64,000 bases of DNA from Perkinsus chesapeaki ATCC PRA-425 (lineage: Eukaryota > Protista > Perkinsozoa), in the NCBI GenBank assembly GCA_013115145.1, contig JAAPAO010000026.1:60694-124693 (forward strand), written 5' to 3'. The position numbers and the translations under genes were made by a program. The first letter of the stretch is position 1, and each line of letters begins with the position of its first letter. The notes beneath the pieces are model-generated. The model saw only the letters and a program-made list of their open reading frames with translations, made no database searches and was not told the DNA's origin. Of the stretch, positions 11,989-24,841 are shown piece by piece.

Positions 11989-14523
11989 TCATTGAGCTGC
12001 AATAACTTCGGTCATTTCGCGCATTGCTTGCGGGAATAGTTCTTTTATAATCCTATCTGCTTGTGCCTACAAACAACGGTTCGTTACAGCACGCAAATGT
12101 AGACGTACCTGGTTGATCCAATCACCAGCCGTTGCCATACCGACGCTTACACGGCCGTTATACGAAATGATGCATAGCATTATCCCTTTGAAAGAATCGT
12201 TTACTTGGTAGAGTGACTGTTGTCTTACCTATGTCAAATGCTGGCGGGACGAAAAAGAGCAAGTCTTTGATGATACCAGTGTTAGGTATCTATGAGAGCC
12301 ATTTCACATAAAGCCACAACAGAGCTACCTGATCCTTAAGATCTTCATTACGATTCACTGGCCAACGAAGTGCTGCCTGCGGGCCTGGAACATTGGAGAT
12401 AGACAGGGTTGCCTGAGCAAGGGGGAATGGGAGTTCACAGTGCCGCTCAGCACACCTTACCTTATCAGCGATCATCCAACATAGAGGCTTCGCGATGCAA
12501 TATGGAAGGGAACCAATAAAGGCTTGAAGCCTATTGGCTATGTACGGTTCCGGTGACCCTATCAGTTGCCGGATATTCGTGCTGACTGAGGGATTAGGAA
12601 ATATTAGCAGTCCAACAACCTACGCTCCGTTGATCTCACCTGTGTCTAGCTGCTCGAGCGGCGTACCACTTTTCACTGGGAGATCGAGGTAACAAACGCC
12701 CAGCTTCTCATTTCCCCATCTAGACTCATTAGCCGAGAACTGGAACGGTGATCCAGCATTCAACGCCACCCACACCGCTGAGGTTAACTTATCGAGGCCC
12801 TAAAACAGGGAAATGCTATTTATGGGATCTGATTCGGAAACCTACTGGCTTGCCATCTTTACTATGTTCCTCACAATATCTCGAGAGAGCTCTCGAAGCA
12901 GCTGCAATGAGTATCTGGAGTTAGCATCTCCTCCGCAGGTTTAGTTATTTCACATCATTAACGGTGGTCTTCTGTTGTTTCGTATGAGAGGCTCGACTGG
13001 CTACTTCCTTAATTTTATTGACAGAAAACTCCTCCCCGAGCCCAGCGAATGAGCAAACTCTGAATGGGAAAAAGACAGCACCGAGCAAGTGCATCATAGA
13101 CATCGCGAGCCGTACCTTTTATCCCGTTGTCCGAGACGATAGCTTGGCTTGCACGGATTTGGTGGATCCTTCTTTAAGGAGATCAATTTAAATAATGCGC
13201 CCACGAACTTAACAAGCATTCCATAGGCCATGGTGAAGCGGGCGGCCTGGCAAAGATGAATAATAGCAAACACTAAGGGCGTATCCACCCTCTGGCTCCT
13301 GCTATGTTGTCTACTCGGAAAAAGCTCCTCCATTGTTTTATTTGCATCCACGGGCGTACAATGTGAAACAACCTAACTTGCTTATAAAAATGATAGGTGT
13401 GCACCATTCACAATTACGTGGCGCATAGCAGTGAAACCGTCAGCTATAGAGTGATGGTATCTAACCAGGTCATCTTTCAATATACTTGTTTCCCACGCTT
13501 ACTTCCAAATGAAAGCACTTGTAAGTTTGTCACTATCCCGCGGCAGATAGTTCTGTAAGAATACAAGTCGCCAAGGTGGATTACTGAAGCAAGATGTGCG
13601 AATCCCAAGCCACACAGGAAGGAACTCACTCTAAGGGCAGAGGTGTTGAGCACATCTCGCCAAGTAACTTTTCAAATTCTTCATGTCCGATATGTTCCTC
13701 TTTGCACGTTATATTATCCATAGGCTCCCACTCATCCTTGGCTCGAGTCCAGTATGCCCGGCGGCCTGATACGAATCTCATCAGCTAGCAACACGAACGG
13801 GCGTCTACCATCGTTCTGCACCAAGCGTTGTGAGAACCTCCCCTCCTGGGCGTAGATCCGAATGAACTGCTTGATGAAGCCAGGAAAGTGTACCTATGTG
13901 AAGCTACCTCTACCAGGGCTGCTGACATTTCGCTATGTGATACGGACGAAAAAGGATGAATGGACTCACTCTCTCCTCAAATATCTCAGCAGCATGAACA
14001 CAGATGATAGATTCCTCTTGGGTTTCGTCAAAAAGTACCTTTTAGGAGTTTAGGGCACGCTAAAGTGTGGCGAGTTACTAAACATCGCGATATAGGGTCC
14101 ATATAGTCCTTATCGTCGTCCTCTATACTATTTGGCTTCCTTCGCATGAAAACTGATACCACCTGCGGAGGTGATCAAGACAAAGCTGAGGACCTGGGAG
14201 CACTTACCCGTAAAGTGAAAAAACTAATACCAATGGAGATAACTGCTGTCAAGGACTGGATTAATGTTAGTTCTATCATACTATATAAACTAACACAGCA
14301 AGCCATTAATGCTACTCATAATAATACAATTATTGTCGATAAGCTACTAACTTCGCTCCGGGATGTCTCGTCGAAAATATCGAATCAGGCTCATATTGGC
14401 AAGCTTTATGCCAACTAGTAAGTTGACAGTCAGTAAAGCAATCAGAATGACAGTGTAATGAGCGAGTAAAGAGAGGAACACGTTCCACTCATTGCACGCA
14501 AACACCGACCCTAATAATCCCAT
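11989..14523 (-). CDS. Wax ester synthase/diacylglycerol acyltransferase (WS/DGAT, AtfA/WSD type), copy 1, multi-exon
   Basis: Catalytic HHSIADG at 13436-13456. C-terminal SISNVPGPQ and IISYNGRVSVG. Stop after ELFPQAMREMTEVIAAQ. Hydrophobic N-terminal exon at about 14350-14523; start approximate. Confidence 0.85.
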
Positions 14524-14666
14524 TGTTGAATTAAATAACAAAGAAGCAAGATGAAGGATGTTATGGAAAGGAACCTCGTTATTTTTCGTTATAGCAACGG
14601 AGGTGGACAAAGGTGGTATGTTGGTAGAACTAGACAGAGCGCCGTTCGCTCGGGGAGGAATACATT

Positions 14667-17230
14667 TTACTCGATAGCTTTACATTCAGCGGCAACACCA
14701 TCACGTATCTCTCGCATGGCTTGGGGAACTAGATCGTAAATGATGTGGTGAGCATCATCCTGGAATAGATTCGATCACTGGGATGATGGCAAGTTTCGGA
14801 CTAACCTGACTAATCCAGTCCGCAGCTGTAGTGATGCCTACGTTAACCCTGTTATTGTATGATATGATGGAGGCCATAATGCCTAAATGAGCAGCATGTC
14901 AACACACTGTTATCGGCGGGCAACTCACCAATGTCATTTACAGGTGGAACGAAGAATAGCATATCTCTGATAACTCCAGAGCAATGCAACTACAAAAGAG
15001 GATAACATTACCATCATCATGAAAGCCCGAAGTGCTACCTGTTCTTGGAGGTCCTCATCTCTGTTCACTGGCCATCTGAGTTGTGCTTGAGGACCGGGTA
15101 CGTTGGATATAGACAAAGTTACCTGGCAATAATAATAACATTAACGTGGTGAAGAAGCCTGTAGCTACTACTACCTTATCGGTAACACGGGGCCAGATGA
15201 AGTGAGCTATAGGGTAGGGCAACCAAGCAATCAGAGCCTGGAGCTTATTAGCGAGGAGGGGCTCAGGGGAGCCAATGAGATCTCTAATACGATGGTAAAC
15301 TAAGAAAACATGGGGAATATTTAACAACTGGAGGTGGCCAATTTCTTACCGATGTTCAGCTGCTCCACAGCGGACTTAACGCCAATCGGCAGACTGAGAT
15401 AGCAGACGCCAAGTCCTTCGTTTCCCCATCTTCTCTCGCCCTCTTCGAACTTGAACGGTGAGCCTCTATCAAGCGAGACCCACATAGCTGAAAGGAAATC
15501 TTCCGGGACCTAAACTCAATTCCCTTGGAGCGGTATGAGGCGTGATTCCGCGCACCTTGACGCCTTTCATGGTATCTTTTTTCTCATCGCAATAAATCCC
15601 CAGGGCGCGGGAGATAGCTGCTAAAAGTACCTAATGCACACCCATGACCACAAAGATACAAATGAGGTCAATTTGAGTGCTTCTGAGCAACACTACCAAA
15701 CCGCCCATACTACATCGTTAACCGATTTCTTGTGGTCGGTAGTAGTGGCTGAATGTGCAATCTTTTTAATCTCAGCCACAGAGAACTCCTCTCCCAGATA
15801 AGTGAAGGAAGTAGCCCTGATCATAAGCAGCTCTCAAGAGTCTTTCCATTACTACCCTCACCTCTTGGCACCGTGTACAAGTCTGTAGTTAGGCTTGCAT
15901 GGATTAACAGGATCCTTGGGCAAGAATACCAGCTTGCAGAACGCTACCACTGTCTTCTTGGCAATGGTGAGGATAGACGGACGAGAGTGCTGAAAGAGGA
16001 AGTAAGAAGCGTATCGAGTGAACGCAAAAGATCCCGCGGTCCTGAATCCGGCTGCTTCCCAATACAAGTACCTTAGAACCAGCCTTGGGCTTGATGAAAA
16101 GGTCCTCCATTTTCTTGCCCTCCTCAGCAGGCACACAGTGAGAGCATGTCTGTGAATGATTCAAATCACAACAGGTTTCCTCTCCTCGACACTTACGTGA
16201 CGCATAGCAGTAAACCCATCGGCTACGGAGTGATGATACCTGATATCTCACTGTTGAGGACTGATCAAATCCGAATTTGCCTACTTCCAGATAAAGGCAC
16301 TAGTAAGCTCTCCATTATCCTCTCTGACGTAATTCTGGAAGTAAACCAGCTGCCATAAAGGCTGACTAAAAATGGTAGCTTCTTCTTCTCCACCAATTGG
16401 AATGTATTTTGCCTCCTACCTCACCGGGAGCGGTGTGGAACACATTTTCCCGAGGACCTCTTCGAACTTCGCGTGATCAGTGCGGTCCGTAACACACGAT
16501 ATATTATCCTCTGGCTGCCAATAAGGATCGGCCTTTATCCAATAAGGGCGCTCACCTAACCAATCCAAGAATGCTGTTTGTTCTCTCCCCTCCCCGCGGC
16601 AATACCTCCCTTATTGACAAGACGCTGGGCAAAGCGGCCCTGGGAACCGTAGATTTTGATAAACTGCTTACTAAAGGAATTGAACGGGACCTGCCGATTA
16701 GCCATAGCGTAGACCGATCTCTCCCATGATCTTACGTACCTGCTTCTCAAATATCTGTGCTGAATGCACACAGGTTTGCCCTTCCTTCCTGTTATCATCA
16801 AAAAGGACCTAATATGACCCGTTCCGATCTACAGCATGCTTCAATAAGCTACCTGCCCATTGGAGACTAAATCCATATACTCCTTCTTTTCGCCAGACGG
16901 AGTAACCGTAGGCTTCAGCGCCCTAGGGAGCACCTGAGGAAACTATCGAGTACATCTCTGATTCCCACTAGTACCACTGCCAGCAGCATGCCCAGGAGTA
17001 TGCCCGATATGGCCGTCCCGGCGGTTAAGTCTCCGAATAGGAAGTTGAACATGATGATGATAATGAGAAATGCAATAACTGCACAAGCACATGTACCATT
17101 TGGCGAGCAGTATGACAAGGCCGCTGAGCACCCGTCCAGAATTGTCCCTTTTTTTGTGTCGTGAACTGTCCTCGTCTCTTGTGTGCTGCATTACGGAGAA
17201 CATTTAAACACAAGACTGATACAAGTTTCA
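14667..17230 (-). CDS. WS/DGAT, copy 2, multi-exon
   Basis: HHSVADG at 16215-16235, ISNVPGPQ, IISYNNRVNVG, KDPVNPCKP. N-terminal hydrophobic exon (FLIIIIMFNFLFG...GILLGMLLAVVLVG). Start approximate. Confidence 0.85.
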
Positions 17231-17442
17231 TGGACATAGAAATAGTACAAAGGCCACTTGATCACTGTCTACTTCGTCATCTTGTTTTCTTGGGCTCTGG
17301 GCACACAGTGCCATCTAAAGATTAACAAAAAGCCCAAAGTGAATGTGATGGGTAGGTTTCGGTATTGTTCAACTATAGGTAGTAACCTCGATATGATACC
17401 GAATAGGGAAGGAGGTTTTGAGTGGAGGAACCGCACGGCCCC

Positions 17443-18384
17443 TTAATACGCTTTCATAGTGAAGTTAGATAAAAACCCACTACTACCTTTACTAGGGTCC
17501 TCTTCATTCCCTCTATCAGGCTCCTCCCTATCAGAAGGATTTTCCTCTTCATCCTCCATGACAGCACGAAGCACATAGGCATCAAACATGATACCAAGAA
17601 TGAATCCAGTGAGCTGAAATATAATTAAGGCTGCTGTCATAAACCTCTGGGCTTCACTATTACCAGAAGAGCACAGCAACCTATTGGTGAATAACGCATA
17701 ACAGTTACAATCTCTGAGGCCACTGCCTTGGTCAATGACCTTATCGAGAAGCGTTTAGTCGTGCCTTGTGCAGGAACCTCTACAGCTTCTTCTTCACGGT
17801 CCTGAACAAATGAAGAGGGATGGGTTTGTAAACCACCGCAAGTATGACCTTGAAACCTCCTGAAGCGAACTGGCTCATCTCATCAACATCCTTTCCCCCA
17901 GTGTACTTAAGCATCTTCTGTCCATTATCCAAAAATATGTATCTGGAATAGAGTTTAGATTCCACCATATTAGCCCCAATGCTACACGCTAGGAACCTTC
18001 GCCTCACCCAACCGGTCGCATACGTGAGACTGAGACACGCAGTCCAGCTCCCCTGGGAAAGGATACTATCCGATGCTGTAAGACTTTTCGTAGGCCTTAC
18101 CAACTCTAAAGAGCTGCCTGTCCTCCGCAACTTCGCATACAGCATCCCAGACTGGTTTTAATGCTTTGCAATGTGGGCATGTTGGAGAGTACAAAAGCAC
18201 GAGTAAAGGGCGCGAATCTGTAGTTAACATGTCGGCTGTATATATTCCCTCAGTTAGTACCATCTCGGACAAGGTAATCAAAATTCACTGAGGTAATCTC
18301 AATCACTGTCTCTGTCGCATCCAAGTGATGCTCCGTGGACCAGACCCCTGCCACTGTCCACAAGAGAAAGAAGCCGACCTTCAT
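17443..18384 (-). CDS. Thioredoxin-domain transmembrane protein (TMX/PDI-like)
   Basis: Signal peptide MKVGFFLLWTVAGVWS, active site CPHC (LYSPTCPHCKALKPVWD), KYTGGKDVDEM, C-terminal TM helix and acidic tail. Confidence 0.82.
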
Positions 18385-18570
18385 TAAAAAACTTACAGCA
18401 CCATCCACTCAAGCAATCAACTCAACTCGTCTCTATGTTTGCTAGAGACCTTCCACATTTTTGATCTATCGGCACCACTATCGTCCTCATCTACCTATGA
18501 CACCACCTTCACACCATGCACACTCTCCTTTCCTCGTGGCTTAAATCAGGTTGCATAAGTCCTGTCGGGT

Positions 18571-19401
18571 TCATCCACTCGGTTTCATTCTCAACTGTTC
18601 CGTAAGAAATCTTCGTCTTTTCCTTGACCTTTGTCCGACTCGGGTGAGCAGGCAAGCTTCAGCCAGCCTACTATATGCCTGATATTCATCTTTATCCACC
18701 ACAAGTCTGTAGTCCAGTCGCTCAGCGACGGCAGCTTCACAGCGGTTCACAGCTCTCGTGGTGAAGTCGCCACGAAGGACCTCGGCGAATTCGTTATTCC
18801 TAGGTGGCACATCTTCCCACATTTTACAAGCTAATACCAAACACCCTAGGAGGATACTCTTCCATGACCTAGTTGTCAGACGCAGGCCAGTGCACCTCAA
18901 TAGGCGCTCACAGTAGATCAAAGAGATGATGGCGCATTGGGGGAAGATACGAAGACCTCTCATCACACTGTAGAGGAATTTAAACACCTCAACTTGGAGG
19001 AACGGGGTCTTGGACAACTGATACGGTGTATTCTTCGTAATGCACGCAGTACTACTGAGAAAAGCCCCATTGCGAGCAGCCACTAGCCGATGGCTCCGAC
19101 TCACGCACTTGCAGTCTCCAACGACATTCTCATAGTCGAAAACACAGATGTGATCCTCAACTCCCATCACAGCGGCGAAGGCGATGAGGAGAGATATCCT
19201 CTTTGCCACACCAGCGCACAGAATCTGCATCTTCCCATCCCATTTCCCAGACAATCCTCGGTAGTACCTATACGGGAGGGCGGGTAAATGCTAATCGAGG
19301 TATACAACAACAACAACAGATAGAGCCTACTACTTGTCGTGCACCACTTGGCCATGGAAGATACTAGGTGATGGCACCACAGACGACGCCCATGCACCCA
19401 T
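18571..19401 (-). CDS. Cyclin Y-like cyclin
   Basis: Cyclin box CAIISLIYCERL...LVLACKMWED...VNRCEAAVAERLDYRL. The first exon MGAWASSVVP splices in frame via a GT-AG intron. Confidence 0.82.
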
Positions 19402-19626
19402 TACAACGCTGCATTAAATACTTTACACATTCCAATAGTACACCATCGAGACAACAACGCAATGCCTTTAGGTTGATCCATATGAAGATATTCGTAATAG
19501 AAAAGGGGTGGCACTGCCAGCATCATGGCATTAAGCCGCACAGCCGACAAGAAGACGGCTTTTACCACCAGTAGTGCGAGGACAAAGTCATCGTATTTAG
19601 GTGCTTAATACAACATAACAGAAAAA

Positions 19627-21835
19627 TCAGAACTCACGGACTTTCATATCTACTTTAAGATTGGCTGGTACACGGTTAAGCCACATTGTCTCTTTAACAT
19701 CATCATAACCAATAGTAAAATGCATGTTATCGAAATGCCTCAGCAGTGTGGCGGCCATCACAACGCATTCTCTAACAGCCACGGCCTGTCCGGGACACTT
19801 TCGTGGGCCTGTACTGAATGCCCAGTGATCCCGATAAAGGTCACGGTTTATCTCTCTAGTACCGGGTAAGAACCAGTTCTCCGGCCTGATCAACCGCACA
19901 TGAGGTTAAAGCATGCATTTCACGCCAGCACAAGATATGTACTAACCTAAAGGTCTCTCCGCCTCGTTCCTCACTCCTCATAGCCTCATCCATCATCATA
20001 ATAACAATTGTGCCGGGCTCAACAGGTTTACCCTCTATACTGTACGGAGCCACAACAACTGATGGTAATGGGCCCGGGGTCGAACTTTGGACCTATCAAC
20101 AAACAATACCACTCGATCTTAGAAGAAACCAAGTAGATCCACGATCATTCATACTGTAGCCACAATTCAAGAAAGTAGAGAATAGGGCGGTTGAACAGCA
20201 ACATGTTTTGCATCAAGGCTCCCTAATGGATACATTCGAGGTTACCGTGTCCAATTAAGCTCTATACTAGACCCTCTACAGGAGTACAGGAGTATGCATA
20301 TTTATTAACATAGAGTGGTAAGCAATAGACTTCAATTAGTCCTATTGTACAGGTGCTCTTCTACTTACACGTAGAACCTCCAACATACAGGCTTCAACGT
20401 AGGGGAGTTTCTTAAGGTCATCAGCAGTAGTAACATCTTTCCCAAGTGCATCAATCTCCTTTCTAGCAACGTCCTGGGCTTCTCTATTGACACACATCAG
20501 ATATATAAACCACTCCATTGTAGCCGATGCCGATGCACTGCCTGCCAATACGAACCTGAGACATGCACTTAATACATGGCATACGGAATCGCCAAATGCC
20601 GCATACGAGACAAGATTCCAAGTGAGGTCGCCCTTATGCATCTTGATGAGCTTGTCCAGCACATCTTCCCTAGGCTCGGCCCCCGCGGAGAGCTCCTTCT
20701 CCCTATCATCGATTATCTTAGCAGAATAACTTTCCACATTCTTGATCGATTTATAAAACTAATGAGAAATGACAAGTGCAAATTGTTCGGTTTTACTTTG
20801 GCAACCGAAGGGTTGAACTTGAACGGATATCTGTCCTGTATGAAAGGCGCCAATGGCGTGTGTTTGAAAACATAGTCAATGGCGTCTAAGAATCCCTGTA
20901 CGGCATTGTAAGCAATGTCTCGCTCCTCGGCTTTCCTCATATCTACCATTTCAACAATATCATCATCACATAACTTCTACATTGCTACCTAAGGGATTTT
21001 GGAGATTATAGTCTTTTCCATAATGAGTAGCCAAAGTAAAGTCGAGCGTGCAGCGCCGGAACCATTTGTGAGGCACCCACTCAATAATAGAACCAGAAGG
21101 ATCAGCCAGAGTAGAAATACAGTTTACCTGAGCGTTAAGCAGATAACAATTTCATACCGTATTTCCCACCATTCGCTTGGACATCTGGCTCATAACAGGG
21201 ACCATTTTATCAGCAACCGACTCTACTAAAGCCGGTTCCGCTGCCTTCCTATTTGCCTTCCATTGATCGCCTTCTGTCAAGAACATACCCGACTTGGGGA
21301 GGAAGCGCAGGTAGTTGAAATGGCGGACGTAAAAGCCTTTGGCCCTGTCTTTCATCAGCGTTCTGATTGTATCGTTCTTCTGTGTTACCACGTAAGGTGT
21401 CCCGAATACTCTGAAAAATTGTAATTCGAGGATGCCACAACACGCCCAAGAATGCCGGAGTCTAGTAGAAGAATCAAGACTATCTGCGACACTGCGTCTA
21501 CAGAAGTGACTTACCGAAAAGCGATGGTCTTCCCATATTGCTTGTTCCATACTCGCATGCACGCTAATGCCTTCTCCTCATCAAGCTCAAGAGCCATACC
21601 AAAAAACGGTACGCCCTAGGGGAACCACTGCACAACACGATGGCGGTACTCGAGTCACCTTAGGTCCCGGGAATGGCAGAGGTTTAGTGGAGTCTATTAG
21701 GGTCTTAATAAACTTACCAATGCACCAACCAACCAACACTAGAACACCTCCGCCCACAGCCTGAGGCGCGTAACGGCGCAAAGCGTCTTGAGCTTCTGGA
21801 CTGATATGGAGGGAACGAAGGGAGGAGGGCAACAT
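19627..21835 (-). CDS. Cytochrome P450, multi-exon
   Basis: N-terminal anchor plus PLPFPGP, I-helix AGSASA, K-helix EVLR, RPENWF, heme motif FSTGPRKCPG. Confidence 0.93.
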
Positions 21836-22614
21836 GGGTGCTAAACACACAAGTCTATTTAACGATAACCTGCCATCAACGGTTGATGATGATCAACCTG
21901 CCGCGCCAACGCCGCCCCTGCACGCATGCGCATAGTTGTATTGGCGCCGGTCACCTGTTGCGCATGAACCCAAACTGAATGGGTTGCTCCATGGAGATAA
22001 CAGAGCGAGGAGAAAAGAGTAACATGGAAAGGTGGTTACGATCCCAACCCTCGCGCGAGAATACTAACCCTATCGAACGGCGGTGCAGGTGCGAAATCGC
22101 AATCCCCCCCCCTAAGATACGTAGCCCCTATCATAAGCAATATTATAATTATAAAAATAATAATATATTAAAATTATAAAAAAATAATAATTAAGCCCCT
22201 AATTATATAAGCACGCGTCTCCCTAGAAATTAGCGCTATCCCAAATAACCGCGTGAACAGTGAAGGCCAACTTTGCACCTGCAAAGTTCGGTTCGAAGAA
22301 GACACAACTTTATTCTGACAGTAGACAGCCGTTTTAGACAGCGGCGTGGTCACCATTAATAACAAACTCAACATTAAACTGGCATGGCGGCGGGAGCAGC
22401 AGCACAGCGCCTCGAAAGTGACTATGTCGCCACCGCCTAGTATGCATGGCATATGAAGGCCCTACTACCGCAGCAGCGCCAGCGGCAGCATTGAACCAAT
22501 CTTAGCATTCAACTAATTTAGAAGTATTGCAAAGGGACATAATGTGTACGTAGCAGATAGAGAGAAATAACCAACATAATGTACGAAATCAAACAGCACT
22601 ATTAACATGTCAGA

Positions 22615-24660
22615 CTAGGCTTCGATCTCCGAGTTGAGGCCGGAGTTCTCCAAAGTATCGTGACGTAGAAGCATGAGAATCTTGGCATCTCGGGTGGCAT
22701 GATCATTCTCAATACTGTAAGTTATACCAGGACCAACGATGAACGAGTCACCTGTACCCAGCAATCTCTGCTTGTTCTCGTAATGGACCATGATAGGATA
22801 CTCATCCACAACATTCGAGGTTCCGTCACCACACTCCAGGATGAAAAAATAGACAGATTTGCCATCTGATACAGTCTCAGGTATTTTCTGTTGATAAGGG
22901 GCCAGCTGCAGCAATACCGGCATGAACTGTGGAGAATCCAAAGGCACCAAGCACTTCATGTTGCTGTGATACTCTAGCAACCGATCTTCCTTATAACCAA
23001 CCAACTTATAGTCTGCAGGTATAGCACTATCAGTGCCATCACTTCTCCACCAATTCTCGCCAGGAAGAGCATAAGTGTGCCTCGGTCCGCCATCTCTGCG
23101 AGCATGAGGGACTTCAGCAGCTGCCTCTTTCCTTTGCTCACTACTCCATCCACCTACCCGAGGTTAATCCGCCACTATTAGCATTTGAGAGCCCACCTTC
23201 CCTATCCTGCCTTCTGCCTTCTCCTGCTGAGTTCTTAGATGCTACTACCTTTGCTGCTGCTACCTTCTGTGCCCCTCTCTTAGCGTTAATGACTCCGGTT
23301 TTCTTCCTAGCTGCCCTAGACTTAGCCTTGGCCTGCGGTGCCTTTGATCGCGATACTGTCCCTTTCTTCTTCCCCTTCTTGTCTCCTCCAGCCCCCTTCT
23401 TCCTGCCAGGCAGCGGTGGTGGAGATTTCTCCGATAACAAGCCCGAAACCTCGTCGTAGGTCAGAGAGTTGGTTGGTACCAAAGCTGCCGACAACATGAA
23501 CGACGGACAGTTATGAACAGCCTACATTGGTTAGGATCGTAACTTTCTTGGCTGGCCCTATTCCCCCGGGAACGCTCTCTGGAAGGGACATGGTCTTCAA
23601 GGGACGACCGGCTTTCCCGGCTCGTCATACCTACTACGGATTAACAGTCGATCTACATCCCTACCACACTACCCTTGTCATGTTTATGTCTAGTCAACGT
23701 TCCTATAACAAATCCATGCCCACTATTAGTCCTCTTGTATAGAATCTTTTCCCCCTTGAGAACATCCAACGGGGGCCTTCGAGTCGACCTCGGAGCTCCT
23801 CTGCCGTACGAGGGGCTCTCCTGAGAGTAACTTCCGGGCTTTCACCAATGACCCCACAAGAGCTCACCCTGAACTCCTCCACAAGTGTGCCATCACTACT
23901 CTCAGGGTCCCTATGCTTTCGGCCACGGGTCTTCCTCTTCGCCTTCACCGGGGACGCCAATTCCGGCCCGACTTGAAGCTGCCAATAAAGCGGATGGAAC
24001 TAAGCCTGATATAACCTCGTTACCGAGGTATTAACCATCTTGACGCTCTCTCGCTGCTGTCGGCCAAACGATACTGTCTCCGAAGCTCGGTGGCCTCCAT
24101 CAACACTTGGATGTATCGCAGAAAGGGTATCATCATCTTGATCACTATGATAAGTCAGGCTGTTGATGTTGTCAGGTTCCTCTTCAGGTATAGCATCGAA
24201 GGAAGCATCGTCGAATGACAGGTGCCTAGAGTGTTCCTTCACACCCACATCACCATTGCCTTTCACCTTGCTGTTTCATCCGGATCTTCAAATGACTCCC
24301 CTCTATCAACCCCTCGATGCTCATCTACTCTACCTATCATCACGACCGTTCCTATTAACATCCATCACTTTGCCATCACCCGTCCTAATAAGTCCAGCTT
24401 CATCCTGTCTACGTGCCTCAGAGTATCGTCGACGCTCCGTCCTTTGTATCTCTTGGGCTTCAAAGTCTAACCGCGACAACAGTCCTCCCTTCTCCTTCCG
24501 AGTTGCTACTACCTGCTTGATGATCGTAACTCTCTTCTATTTCACTGTGTGGATGTGCCTCAAGATCATCATTAGAGCTCAGACTTCCTCCACGTCTAGG
24601 AACTCCCTGATCATCATTAAACCCAATGATACTCGGTTCGATCCAAGTGGCCAATGACAT
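22615..24660 (-). CDS. CENPC: Centromere protein C (CENP-C/Mif2)-like
   Basis: C-terminal cupin GDSFIVGPGITYSIENDHATRDAKILM. CENP-C-motif-like RSTRRPPLDVLKGEKILYKR, in frame after the intron at about 23821-23867. Long basic/disordered middle region. Confidence 0.72.
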
Positions 24661-24841
24661 ACCGAAGGACAATGACAGACAATGAACCTCCTATTATCCA
24701 CATCAAAGTGCCGGTTATGTGATCTTAGTTTGAAAATCATACACTAGCAATATTTAACACAGGAACCCTTTCAAGACGATTAGGGCACCAAGTGGACCCA
24801 ACGGCCACTAAGACCCCAAACCCTACGGCGTTGCCAAGGAC

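Noticed and set aside
11989-21835. WS/DGAT pair plus P450 as a lipid biosynthetic gene cluster
   Set aside because: Unrelated thioredoxin and cyclin genes lie between them. Co-location alone is not evidence without co-expression or conserved synteny.
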